Assembly: GCA_018221245.1 (NCBI GenBank)
Contig: JAAOYH010000033.1
Location: 1 to 40,807 of the forward strand
Reading direction: 5' to 3'
Source: Candidatus Woesearchaeota archaeon
Lineage (GTDB): Archaea; Nanobdellota; Nanobdellia; Woesearchaeales; UBA525
DNA length: 40,807 nt
Each line of letters starts with the position of its first letter. The first letter of the stretch is position 1. Below are positions 32,531-40,807 of the stretch, piece by piece. The notes beneath the pieces were generated by a model. That model saw nothing but the letters and a program-made list of their open reading frames with translations. It ran no database searches and had not been told where the DNA came from. The position numbers were made by a program, and so were the translations under genes.

Positions 32531-33407
32531 TAAATCCAAATATCAGATGATGATCCGAGCCGTACAATCCTTCCTTATTCCCCACCACTTCTCCCGACGA
32601 GAAAATATCATCCAGACCGAACTTAGAATTCGGAAAAACACTATCAAATCTTAGGTTGAGCTTTTTCAATCCCGATTCCAAATACCTCGAAGAGGTAGGA
32701 TTGAAATCACCCCCAACAATAACAAAGTCATCATTCTGTGCATCCACCATCTTCTCAAGATGTGCATACTGTTGCTTTCTCAACCATGGCGGTGACCAGG
32801 GCTCAAAGTGAATGTTGTAGATTCCAACAGTGCCAGTCTCAGTTCGTAATTTAATATACGGAAGGGAGCGTTGTACTGTAGCTATGTTTCCTAATGGTTT
32901 GTTGTTCATCTCCGGAAGAGGAAAGACCTTCCGGTCCATAGCAGGGTGTCTTGTTGCAGTAAGCATCCCATAACTTCTGTCCTTCATTGAACCCTCTTTT
33001 TTCTCCGTGTGCGTCGGAACATACAGCAGATCATATCCATCCAGGTATTTCTTGAGGCTTTCTTTCTTCCAGAAATCTAATGGGACCTCTTGCAGTAATA
33101 GCACGTCTGGCTTATGGGTCTCAAGATAATTCGAAAGTGCTGAAACTACCGCGTTCTCATTTACTGATCTCCAGATGTTCCAAGAAATTACTTTCACCTG
33201 ATCCGGAAAAAAACCATAGCTTAACGCACCAGGAATGAAGTTCCAATCATCAGGAATGTTGACTGGCAAGTTTTTTCCAGTCATATACCTGTACTGAGCC
33301 TGAGATACACCTGTGATTGCACGCTTTACCGTCGGCAAAGTTGATAGCGAAGCTAACCCTATAGTCCCTGCCAGCACGGCCGCCGCCCATCTCTTTCGCG
33401 AAGACAT
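32520..33407 (-). CDS. Secreted or anchored endonuclease/exonuclease/phosphatase (EEP) family protein
   Basis: N-terminal hydrophobic signal, then WNIW, LLLQEV, GGDFN and the C-terminal GSDHHLI motif. Confidence 0.75.
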   Translation of the reverse strand: MSSRKRWAAAVLAGTIGLASLSTLPTVKRAITGVSQAQYRYMTGKNLPVNIPDDWNFIPGALSYGFFPDQVKVISWNIWRSVNENAVVSALSNYLETHKPDVLLLQEVPLDFWKKESLKKYLDGYDLLYVPTHTEKKEGSMKDRSYGMLTATRHPAMDRKVFPLPEMNNKPLGNIATVQRSLPYIKLRTETGTVGIYNIHFEPWSPPWLRKQQYAHLEKMVDAQNDDFVIVGGDFNPTSSRYLESGLKKLNLRFDSVFPNSKFGLDDIFSSGEVVGNKEGLYGSDHHLIFGFIKF

Positions 33408-33433
33408 AAGATAAAAATAAAAAAAAGAATGCC

Positions 33434-34243
33434 TTACTTGGCCTTTACTTTCTTCATCTCTTTCCAGGCCAGATCAAAGAGCTGTTCCAGAGCAGATGAA
33501 AAGAACGGCGTATTAATCCAGATGCCCACGTCATAAGTTGGGTGAACATCCTGATCATCCATCACCATGAAGACGACTTCCTTGCCGTCTACAACAACGA
33601 AACGCGCATTAACCTTGGCGTCACGTACTTCAGCGATGCCCTCGAGCTCCTTCGCAGCCTGCTGCAGCTCTTTGGTCATCGGCGCTGCCAGACGAACCTT
33701 TACGCCCCGCTTCGCGACATCCTTGAAAGTCTGCTTTAGACCCTCGATCTTCCTGAGAAGACCAGAACTCGTGCTCACCATAGTGACGCTCTTCTCAGCC
33801 GACCTGATTGTCAGTTCGAGATGGTTGTACAGATTGTGCCGTCCGCGTAGACTGCCTGAAAGGTCAGTCGGATCCACGAGCTCAACCCCTGTCTTGTGCA
33901 GGTTCCTCAGCTCATTGATTACATCCGTCTGCTTCAGATTATCGAGACGCTTCACAGCAACATCTGCATCGTTGCGCACATTTTTCTTGACGCGCTCCAC
34001 CACTTCGTGAGGGTCGACCGCGATGTATTTGATAGGCTTGCCTATCTTCATCACGATAAAGCCCTTCTTCTCGAGCGATTCCAGCACGTCATAACTGCGG
34101 CTGCGGGGGACATTGGCTATGTCACTTAATTCTCCCGCTGTTGACACCCCCCTGGACAACAGCGCGGTCCAAATCTTTACCTCATAAAGATTAAGACCAA
34201 AGTATCTCCTAAGTTTCGACAAAAAGTCGTCCCTAACAACCAT
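33434..34243 (-). CDS. TrmB-family transcriptional regulator
   Basis: wHTH LNLYEVKIWTALLSRGVSTAGELSDIANVPRSRSYDVLESLEKKGFI. The SD gggaggt lies upstream. Confidence 0.8.
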   Translation of the reverse strand: MVVRDDFLSKLRRYFGLNLYEVKIWTALLSRGVSTAGELSDIANVPRSRSYDVLESLEKKGFIVMKIGKPIKYIAVDPHEVVERVKKNVRNDADVAVKRLDNLKQTDVINELRNLHKTGVELVDPTDLSGSLRGRHNLYNHLELTIRSAEKSVTMVSTSSGLLRKIEGLKQTFKDVAKRGVKVRLAAPMTKELQQAAKELEGIAEVRDAKVNARFVVVDGKEVVFMVMDDQDVHPTYDVGIWINTPFFSSALEQLFDLAWKEMKKVKAK

Positions 34244-34409
34244 ATTGTTCTACCTCCCAAAATGGGATTACTCACCCCTTTCTGATGAAACAGAACGATG
34301 ACTACTTTAAATAAGTTACTGGTGTTCATTATAAGCCAGAGTGACCTATATGAATAACTGGACAATGCTCAACCAGAAAGTTTAACAAGTCAGAAACGAC
34401 TCTAGAAAT

Positions 34410-35234
34410 GTGGAGAAACTCGAGCACGATATCGACAAGGTCCTGACGGATAGACCGTTCTCATCAAAGATGGAGATTGGGGATCTGAAACCCATCTCTG
34501 CTGATAACGCCATTAGCTGTGAGGCTTTTTTCGTTAAAACTAAAGATGGCCAGGAGTTCAAGTTGAGGGATTGTGGTACTGTGGAAAGGGCCAAGATGAT
34601 AGAAAAGATAGTGCGAAAAGTGCCAAAATACTTCCCAAAATTCTTGGGGAGAGATGGAGAATACGTCCTTTTCGAGAAACTGAAGAGTTTCAGGGATATC
34701 ACGAACGAAGAGCTGAGAGCGAACACCCGTCAGCTAGGAAGGCTTTGTGCCGAAATCAACAATATCGAGTCAGAAGGACAGAACAGACACATACATTTTT
34801 TCGAGAAACAAATTACAGATTTGTTGGACAGGAGCGAGATCGACAAGAAGTCCCACGATAAAGCAAAGAGACTGCACAAACATCTTCTTTCAAAGATTGA
34901 TGTACAATTAGCTCTTGAAGTATTCGACCTTCATGGCGGGAACATAATGATCAACGACAAGAGCAAGTTGATTTTTGTCGACGATGGAGGGATTGAGCAC
35001 AGAGTCAAGGGAATGGGCTTCGCAAAGCTGTGCAGCGTCATAGATGAGAAAGCCGAGAAAGAGTTCGTGGAAGGGTACAAGGAGATAGAAGACGGATCCC
35101 ATCTCACCGGAGACTATATGAAATTTGTCCATCTCATCGAGGTTGTTCGTTCTCTGGCGTTCAAGACCCGCAGAGGCACGGCCCCACACATCGTTCCCTC
35201 CGAACGCGATAGGTTCTACAAGCTGATAGAATAG
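34410..35234 (+). CDS. Protein-kinase-like fold phosphotransferase (APH/choline-kinase-like)
   Basis: The catalytic-loop-like VFDLHGGNIMIN matches the APH pattern hgDlhpgNil, and it is followed by LIFVDDGG (DFG-equivalent). The start is GTG and uncertain. Confidence 0.5.
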   Translation: MEKLEHDIDKVLTDRPFSSKMEIGDLKPISADNAISCEAFFVKTKDGQEFKLRDCGTVERAKMIEKIVRKVPKYFPKFLGRDGEYVLFEKLKSFRDITNEELRANTRQLGRLCAEINNIESEGQNRHIHFFEKQITDLLDRSEIDKKSHDKAKRLHKHLLSKIDVQLALEVFDLHGGNIMINDKSKLIFVDDGGIEHRVKGMGFAKLCSVIDEKAEKEFVEGYKEIEDGSHLTGDYMKFVHLIEVVRSLAFKTRRGTAPHIVPSERDRFYKLIE

Positions 35235-35304
35235 TGTCTACACTGAATAGTCGTTCTACCCGACGACAGCAACATTTAAGAACTCTTTGTGAGTCTTACC
35301 TTGT

Positions 35305-36852
35305 ATGGGGGTTGTGAGTGAAGAGATTCTGGCGCGACTGCATCCTTTAGAGGTAAAGGTCTTACCACACCTGAAAGATGGCATTCTTCTCTCGACATTG
35401 GCTAAAAATGCGAAACTCCAAGAAGTAGAGGCGATGCGCGCATGCCAGTGGCTGGAGAACAAGAAAGCTCTAACACTAGAACAGGCCACAACTCACACTT
35501 TAACACTAGACGTCAACGGCAAGAAAGCCATCAAAAAAGGCATGCCAGAGATGCGCTTCCTTCTCGCCATAAAGAAGACCGCAAAGACTCAGGATCAGTT
35601 GGAAAAAACAGGCCTTGACAGACAAGAGATAGGAGTCAGTATCGGATTGTTGAAGAAAGCAGGCCTTCTCAATATGAAAGGGAAGAAGTTTACAATAACT
35701 GCAAAAGGCAAGAAGCTCGATGCAAAGAAATCACCCGAAATAATAATTCTAAAGAAACTAGGAAAATCCAAGAGCCTAGAAACTCTTCCTGCGAAAGATC
35801 AAGAACTAGTAAAAAATCTCAGAAAAAGAAGACAATACCTAATCATAAAAGAGCACAAAGGTAGAAAAATCAAGCTCACTGAACTAGGCAAAGAACTCGC
35901 AAAGACAGATGTAAAGAAGCTCAAGTTCGAAGAAAGGATAACAAAAGAAGACTTGGAGACAGGAGCCTGGAAGAAGAAAAAATATAGGGCCTACGATGTT
36001 TCTGTTAATGTTCCTTCAATTCCGCAAGGAAAGTTACACTTCGTACAAGAAGCCATAGATTACATCAGAAAAATCTGGGTGGAGATGGGCTTCGAAGAGA
36101 TGACTGGAGACATGTGCCAGTCAGCATTCTGGGATTTGGATGCATTGTTCGTCCCGCAGGATCATCCCGCAAGAGAGGTCCAAGACACATTCTACTTATC
36201 ACATCCTGAAAAAACCAACTTCGATAAAATTGCGTTCGAAAGAGTAAGAGACGTGCATGAAAACGGCGGCAACACAGGTAGCAAAGGATGGGAGTATGAT
36301 TACAGCAAGGAAGAGGCAGAACAATTATTGCTAAGGACCCACACAACAGTTCTATCAGCACAGACTCTCTGGAAAATCAGAAACGGAGAAGCGAATCTTC
36401 CTGGAAAATATTTTTCTGTCAGTAAGGTCTTCCGCAATGAAAAACTAGATTGGAAACATCTGTTCGAGTTCCACCAGGTTGAGGGAATCGTCGTCGATAA
36501 AAACGTAACTTTCGCGCAACTCATAGGATATCTGAAGATCTTCTTCGCGAAGATGGGTTTCGAGAAAATCAGGCTGCGCCCTCATGAGTTCCCCTACACG
36601 TACTGTTCCGTTGAGGTGGATGTTTGGAATGATAGGAAGCAGCAGTGGATAGAGTTAGGCGGAGCAGGAATCTTCAGGCCTGAAGTGACCAAGACACTTA
36701 TAGGAGAAGAGATCCCTGTGCTTGCTTGGGGTCTTGGAATGGAAAGAATAATAGTGGAGTACTTTGACATCCATGATCTCCGAGACCTATACCGTAATGA
36801 TATCAAGCAATTAAGAGAGATGAAGCGCTTCATCAAATATTCCCAAGCTTAA
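35305..36852 (+). CDS. pheS: Phenylalanine--tRNA ligase alpha subunit (archaeal type)
   Basis: 515 aa. N-terminal wHTH repeats are followed by the class II core: FVPQDHPAREVQDTFY, LLRTHTT, FRNE, FHQVEG and GAGIFRPEV. Confidence 0.95.
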   Translation: MGVVSEEILARLHPLEVKVLPHLKDGILLSTLAKNAKLQEVEAMRACQWLENKKALTLEQATTHTLTLDVNGKKAIKKGMPEMRFLLAIKKTAKTQDQLEKTGLDRQEIGVSIGLLKKAGLLNMKGKKFTITAKGKKLDAKKSPEIIILKKLGKSKSLETLPAKDQELVKNLRKRRQYLIIKEHKGRKIKLTELGKELAKTDVKKLKFEERITKEDLETGAWKKKKYRAYDVSVNVPSIPQGKLHFVQEAIDYIRKIWVEMGFEEMTGDMCQSAFWDLDALFVPQDHPAREVQDTFYLSHPEKTNFDKIAFERVRDVHENGGNTGSKGWEYDYSKEEAEQLLLRTHTTVLSAQTLWKIRNGEANLPGKYFSVSKVFRNEKLDWKHLFEFHQVEGIVVDKNVTFAQLIGYLKIFFAKMGFEKIRLRPHEFPYTYCSVEVDVWNDRKQQWIELGGAGIFRPEVTKTLIGEEIPVLAWGLGMERIIVEYFDIHDLRDLYRNDIKQLREMKRFIKYSQA

Positions 36853-36876
36853 TCCCACTGGACATTCTCCCACAGA

Positions 36877-36886
36877 CGATATAAAC
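36877..36886 (+). promoter_or_regulatory. TATA box dedicated to the LAGLIDADG gene
   Basis: The cgatataaac motif is centred about 25 nt upstream of the ATG at 36907. Confidence 0.4.
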
Positions 36887-36906
36887 TCCACAATTCTCTA
36901 TTATTC

Positions 36907-38079
36907 ATGACCTTCAATCTGTTCGATTTGCACTCGAAAACTGACGTCCCAAGAAGCTGGATTTGGGTAGAAATAAGAAGTGAAATACTTAGAAAAAAAT
37001 ACCTGAAAGCTCTTGAGAAATCAACCCAAAAAGTGCTCGCTACAGAAATTGCTAAAAATCTTTTCTGTGGTTTGAGCACCATTGAAAAGCATCTCATCAG
37101 ACTGAAATCAGAATGTACATCCATTCCTCTGCCTGTTCTCATCGAACTGTGCACGCTCTTAGACATTTCATCACGAACAGCTAACACCTGGATGTTGAAC
37201 CTATTCTCGAATCCCGATAAGACAGGTAAGAAAATCAAAGCAATGAAGAAATGCTCACACACATTCGCGAAAATCGTAGGCGCATTTCTTGCAGATGGAT
37301 ACATGCAAAAAGAAAGGTACACGTACAGATTAAAGTTGACAGATGGAGAAGAAACATCGGTAAAAGCATTTGAGTCATGGATTAGAGTAACATTTGGCAT
37401 CTCAGGAAGGGTCTACTACTGCAGACAGAATAACATGTGGTATTGTTGGTTCACAAGCAAAATCATAGGCAGATACTTTGAGAATATTTTCGACATAAAA
37501 CCAGGTGCCAAATCAAGTATCGTTAAGAAGCCAGAACTCATTCGTACGAGAGAACAAGAACGGGCTTTTGTTCTAGGTTTTCTGATGTTTGATGGAGGTG
37601 TAAAAACATCAGGAATGGTTGCCGTGACATCGAAAAGCAAAATGATTATAGATGATATCGAGAAGATACTGAAAAAGAACTGTATAAACGTGAAGAAAAC
37701 TTACAGTCCAGTAAAAGATGCTTTCTTGTTGGAGTCAAGGAGTGGAAGAGACAAGGAACAACTCAAAAAATGGCTGAGATACTTCGAACCAGGCACAAGA
37801 AAACATAAAGCATTACAGTTTTTCATCGATGGATCATACTTGGAGCGGGGGGAACTACAGGAAATTTTTCCCATCCACTATCGCGCACGCGTATCAATCT
37901 CATTAATACACTCCATTCTTCAAAAAAAATCCGGGACTGTGGAGGATATTGTTTCAGTATTAAAGAAAAAAGACATCTTTGTCAGTAAGAACACACTCTA
38001 CAAATACCTATATCTTCTCAACAAGGCTAAACTCGTTAATAAATCTCCTAGAGCGCCAGTCATCTATTCTATAGGGTAA
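36907..38079 (+). CDS. Free-standing double-motif LAGLIDADG homing-endonuclease-like protein flanked by HTH/wHTH domains
   Basis: The two LAGLIDADG motifs are FAKIVGAFLADGYM and RAFVLGFLMFDGGV, about 95 aa apart. There is an N-terminal HTH (VLATEIAKNLFCGLSTIEKHLIRL) and a C-terminal wHTH-like segment (TVEDIVSVLKKKDIFVSKNTLYKYLYLL). Confidence 0.75.
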   Translation: MTFNLFDLHSKTDVPRSWIWVEIRSEILRKKYLKALEKSTQKVLATEIAKNLFCGLSTIEKHLIRLKSECTSIPLPVLIELCTLLDISSRTANTWMLNLFSNPDKTGKKIKAMKKCSHTFAKIVGAFLADGYMQKERYTYRLKLTDGEETSVKAFESWIRVTFGISGRVYYCRQNNMWYCWFTSKIIGRYFENIFDIKPGAKSSIVKKPELIRTREQERAFVLGFLMFDGGVKTSGMVAVTSKSKMIIDDIEKILKKNCINVKKTYSPVKDAFLLESRSGRDKEQLKKWLRYFEPGTRKHKALQFFIDGSYLERGELQEIFPIHYRARVSISLIHSILQKKSGTVEDIVSVLKKKDIFVSKNTLYKYLYLLNKAKLVNKSPRAPVIYSIG

Positions 38080-38120
38080 AGTATTTATACACGAGCTGCG
38101 GGCCCTATTTAGGGGGTTAT

Positions 38121-39773
38121 ATGGTCAGCATCATTCTGAACAAGCAAAAACTTCTGAAAGAGATTGGAATCGAGCAAGAATCAGATGATCTCATTCACCA
38201 GATAGCCATGATGGGCGTAGAAGTCGATGAAGTGACTGATGATGCCCTTACAGTTGATATCACACCAGATAGACCTGATTTACTGAGCCAACCAGGCTTC
38301 ACCAGAGCATTATCTTCATTCCTAGATGTGAAGACAGGACTTAGAAACTACACCGTCACAAAGAGTAAGCTGAAAGTGCGAGTAGATTCTTCAGCGAAAG
38401 ACATCCGGCCGTACACAGCATGCGCAGTAGTCAAAAACTTGAAACTGAACGATGAACTCTTAAGAGAAATCATAGATCTTCAGGAAAAACTACACATCAC
38501 GTTCTGCAGGAACAGGAAGAAGGCAGCGATAGGAGTCTATCCTATGGAGGCCATCAAAGGCAACATCACGTTCAAGGCATTGCCACCAAACAAGATCAAG
38601 TTCAGGCCATTAGAATCTACCAAGCAGATGACCGCAAAAGAGATTTTAGAAAAGCATCCGAAAGGCAAGGAGTTCGCTTATCTACTAGAAGGACTGCCAA
38701 TGTATCCGCTCTTTGTCGACGGCAAGAACAATGTCCTAAGCATGCCGCCAGTAATCAACAGCCACAGCACAGGCAAGGTCACTGAAAAAACAAAACAAGT
38801 GTTCATAGAGGCATCCGGACACGATTTCAAGACTTGTCATGACATCATCAGAATAATATGCGCTGCTTTAGCAGATATGGGTGCCACCATCCAGACAGTT
38901 GATGTGATCTACAGCGGAAAACCAGTAGTGACTCCAGACATGTCACCAACTAAACAGGAGTTCTACCGCTACTATGTGAACAGAAGATTAGGAACAGAGC
39001 TGAAGAAAGAAGATCTGTCACCACTGCTTGCTAAGATGGGTCTAGGATTCCAAGATGGCAGGATAAGAGAGACTCACTACGCACTCATACCTCCTTACAG
39101 AGTCGACTTCTTGCATCAGATAGACGTAGTAGAAGATCTTGCTATAGCATTAGGCTATGACAATATCAAGCCGGTCCTGCCCGACGTGAACACTGTCGCC
39201 AGCGAATCTCATACGACTCTTTTTGCAGACAAGATCCGGAGCATCTTGGCAGGACAGCTGATGCTCGAAGCGAAGAACTATCATCTGATGAACAGTTCCT
39301 TCCAGAAGAGCATCAAAGAAGAAGATGTGGTAACGCTCAAGTCATCTGTTTCTGAAGAACACGATTCACTAAGGAAGACAATATTGCCAGGACTACTCCA
39401 AACACTAACCAGAAACAAGATCCATGAGTACCCACAAATGCTGTTCGAGTTAGGAAGAGTCTTCGCACCCGCAAAAAACGCAGTGAATGAGAGTGAAGGC
39501 TTAGGAATAGTTCTAGCCGGCGAGACAGACTACACCAAAATCAGACAGTCTGTTGATGCATTATTATTATCTCTCGGCCTCAAGGGAGAGTATGTCCCTG
39601 CCGACGATGGCAGGTTCTTGGCAGGCAGGTGTGCGCACCTATTAATCAAAGGCGAAGAGGTCGGCGTTATCGGGGAAGTCAACCCAAGAGTTCTAGAGCT
39701 TTCAGAATTGGTTGTTCCAGTAGCTGCAGCGGAGCTCAATTTGGACCTGCTTCAAGATACGCCGCTCGAATAA
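38121..39773 (+). CDS. pheT: Phenylalanine--tRNA ligase beta subunit (archaeal type)
   Basis: 550 aa. The layout is B3/4- and B5-like (DITPDRPDLLS, IPPYRVDFLHQIDVVEDLAIALGYDNI). TATA tatttatac and SD agggggtt lie upstream. Confidence 0.9.
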   Translation: MVSIILNKQKLLKEIGIEQESDDLIHQIAMMGVEVDEVTDDALTVDITPDRPDLLSQPGFTRALSSFLDVKTGLRNYTVTKSKLKVRVDSSAKDIRPYTACAVVKNLKLNDELLREIIDLQEKLHITFCRNRKKAAIGVYPMEAIKGNITFKALPPNKIKFRPLESTKQMTAKEILEKHPKGKEFAYLLEGLPMYPLFVDGKNNVLSMPPVINSHSTGKVTEKTKQVFIEASGHDFKTCHDIIRIICAALADMGATIQTVDVIYSGKPVVTPDMSPTKQEFYRYYVNRRLGTELKKEDLSPLLAKMGLGFQDGRIRETHYALIPPYRVDFLHQIDVVEDLAIALGYDNIKPVLPDVNTVASESHTTLFADKIRSILAGQLMLEAKNYHLMNSSFQKSIKEEDVVTLKSSVSEEHDSLRKTILPGLLQTLTRNKIHEYPQMLFELGRVFAPAKNAVNESEGLGIVLAGETDYTKIRQSVDALLLSLGLKGEYVPADDGRFLAGRCAHLLIKGEEVGVIGEVNPRVLELSELVVPVAAAELNLDLLQDTPLE

Positions 39774-40661
39774 TCACTTCTTGCGCTTCCTCTTAGATTT
39801 CGCGACCTTCTTCTTGATGCGTTTCCTGCTCGTTATGAACTCGTACGTCCTGAAGATGAACAGTACCACCACGACGAACATCGAGAGGAATATCATGTAA
39901 GTGACGAAGTCTATCACTACATCCAGAACCGTTACAGATGGTGGGGGCATAGTGCCAGGTGACATTGTTGGAAGCACGAAGAGCGCCTGGTACGGCACAA
40001 GAATTACCAATAGGACCAAGAACGCCAATAGGAACATCAGTAGGCTGATGAAGATTACCGTGAGCGTCTGCATCACGTACTTATTAGCCAGTTTGAAGCT
40101 TCTCTTGATGGCTGCCCAAACGCTAAGATCTTCAAATACCAGGCTAGCCTCACCCCATAGAAGCCAATAGAATACCAACAGGAGTGTAGAAAGGAAGAAG
40201 AACACCAGCCAAGCTATCTGTAATCCTGAAAGCGTAAGCGGAGCCTGCATCACACCTGATGGGTCAGCCACTACACTGAATAGGAAGGGCATCATCAGCA
40301 AGGATATCAATATCCATCTTATGGCCACGTATCCTGTGAATCTCATCCCGTACCTCTTTGCGCCTGGCCAGAACTCACTCAAAGTGGTAGAACCATCCTG
40401 GATAGCGTTTCTGGCCATTGCGTAGAAGCCTGCAGAGAAGAATCCGTTCAGTATCACGAAGACTATCAGCTCCACTATGAACATGACCGAAGCTATGGTT
40501 GCCATGTTTGCTCCTGCACCCGCCAGGATAGCGCCGCTCAGAAGCCCGAATAGCATGCTGACCAAGAATATGGCTACGAGCTTTAGTATAGTAATACCAA
40601 TCAATGCAGGACTGTGCCAGAACTGCTTGAAGGATAGATGGAGTCTTTCTCTGTGTCTCAT
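39774..40661 (-). CDS. Polytopic membrane protein with a polybasic C-terminal tail
   Basis: It has about 6 TM helices and the tail SRKRIKKKVAKSKRKRKK. I prefer ATG 40661; the ORF opens with TTG at 40703. Its stop abuts the pheT stop. Confidence 0.5.
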   Translation of the reverse strand: MRHRERLHLSFKQFWHSPALIGITILKLVAIFLVSMLFGLLSGAILAGAGANMATIASVMFIVELIVFVILNGFFSAGFYAMARNAIQDGSTTLSEFWPGAKRYGMRFTGYVAIRWILISLLMMPFLFSVVADPSGVMQAPLTLSGLQIAWLVFFFLSTLLLVFYWLLWGEASLVFEDLSVWAAIKRSFKLANKYVMQTLTVIFISLLMFLLAFLVLLVILVPYQALFVLPTMSPGTMPPPSVTVLDVVIDFVTYMIFLSMFVVVVLFIFRTYEFITSRKRIKKKVAKSKRKRKK

Positions 40662-40699
40662 ATGAAGCGTAAAAAAAAACAGGAATAAAAAAGCTTCGC

Positions 40700-40807
40700 T
40701 CAATCGTAGACTGTGCTTCTCTTACCTATTCTGAGAACAATTATTCGTTTCCCTTTTATTATCACGTCCACAACTGCACGGTATTTTCCTATTCTGAGTC
40801 TCCAAAG
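40700..40807 (-). CDS. RelE/ParE-family toxin, C-terminal fragment (truncated by the window edge)
   Basis: The minus-strand translation is LWRLRIGKYRAVVDVIIKGKRIIVLRIGKRSTVYD*. This matches the RelE/ParE C-terminal pattern lR(v/i)GdYR(v/a)iy.i......i.vl.(v/i)g.R..vY. Confidence 0.55.
   Translation of the reverse strand, partial: LWRLRIGKYRAVVDVIIKGKRIIVLRIGKRSTVYD

Noticed and set aside
36849-37400. 183-aa ORF antisense to the LAGLIDADG gene
   Set aside because: The opposite strand carries the clear double LAGLIDADG motif protein. The antisense product has no motif and is S/F/L-rich.
1-40807. CRISPR arrays, tRNA or rRNA genes, transposases or integrases
   Set aside because: I saw no regularly spaced direct repeats, no T-loop/acceptor-stem patterns in the intergenic gaps, and no DDE or tyrosine-recombinase-like ORFs in either strand's track.

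Overview
The window is a compact chromosomal segment that I infer to be archaeal and DPANN-like. I base this on gene content only and have no marker phylogeny. I call about 46 protein genes and saw no rRNA, tRNA, CRISPR array, integrase or transposase.

Archaeal housekeeping genes are present: PAN proteasome ATPase, Sec61beta, NAC, Pelota, Trm5, archaeal-type PheRS alpha and beta, two TrmB-family regulators and a class III signal-peptide pilin-like protein. These are interleaved with genes of typically bacterial type: NrdR, trimeric dUTPase, TldD/PmbA, VKOR, a YkuD L,D-transpeptidase, an HPF-like protein, an SLT lytic-transglycosylase domain, an Rmt/ArmA-like 16S rRNA methyltransferase, an APH-like kinase and a RelE/ParE fragment. 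There is also a complete suf Fe-S operon, ordered regulator-sufB-sufD-sufS::sufU-sufC.

Gene packing is extreme. Many start and stop codons overlap (ATGA, TGATG), convergent genes share palindromic stop tetranucleotides (TTAA, CTAG), and most promoters look leaderless, with a TATA box about 26-28 nt upstream of the ATG.

The most interesting region is a 7.2 kb, five-gene minus-strand cluster at 23405-30597. All five products are exported or membrane proteins with no family I recognise. Four of them share a paralogous, Cys-containing, beta-rich domain. One of those carries a C-terminal SLT murein-lytic domain, another sits behind a cytoplasmic coiled coil plus five TM helices, and the first gene encodes a membrane-anchored protein with three tandem lectin-like repeats.

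Other notable items:
- A free-standing double-motif LAGLIDADG gene is inserted between pheS and pheT.
- An aminoglycoside-resistance-type 16S methyltransferase homolog overlaps the pelota stop.
- An nrdR-dut operon carries two unknown genes and has AT-rich palindromes upstream.
- A candidate k-turn / C/D-box sRNA lies in an intergenic gap.
- PmbA has a lysine pentapeptide-repeat N-terminal extension.
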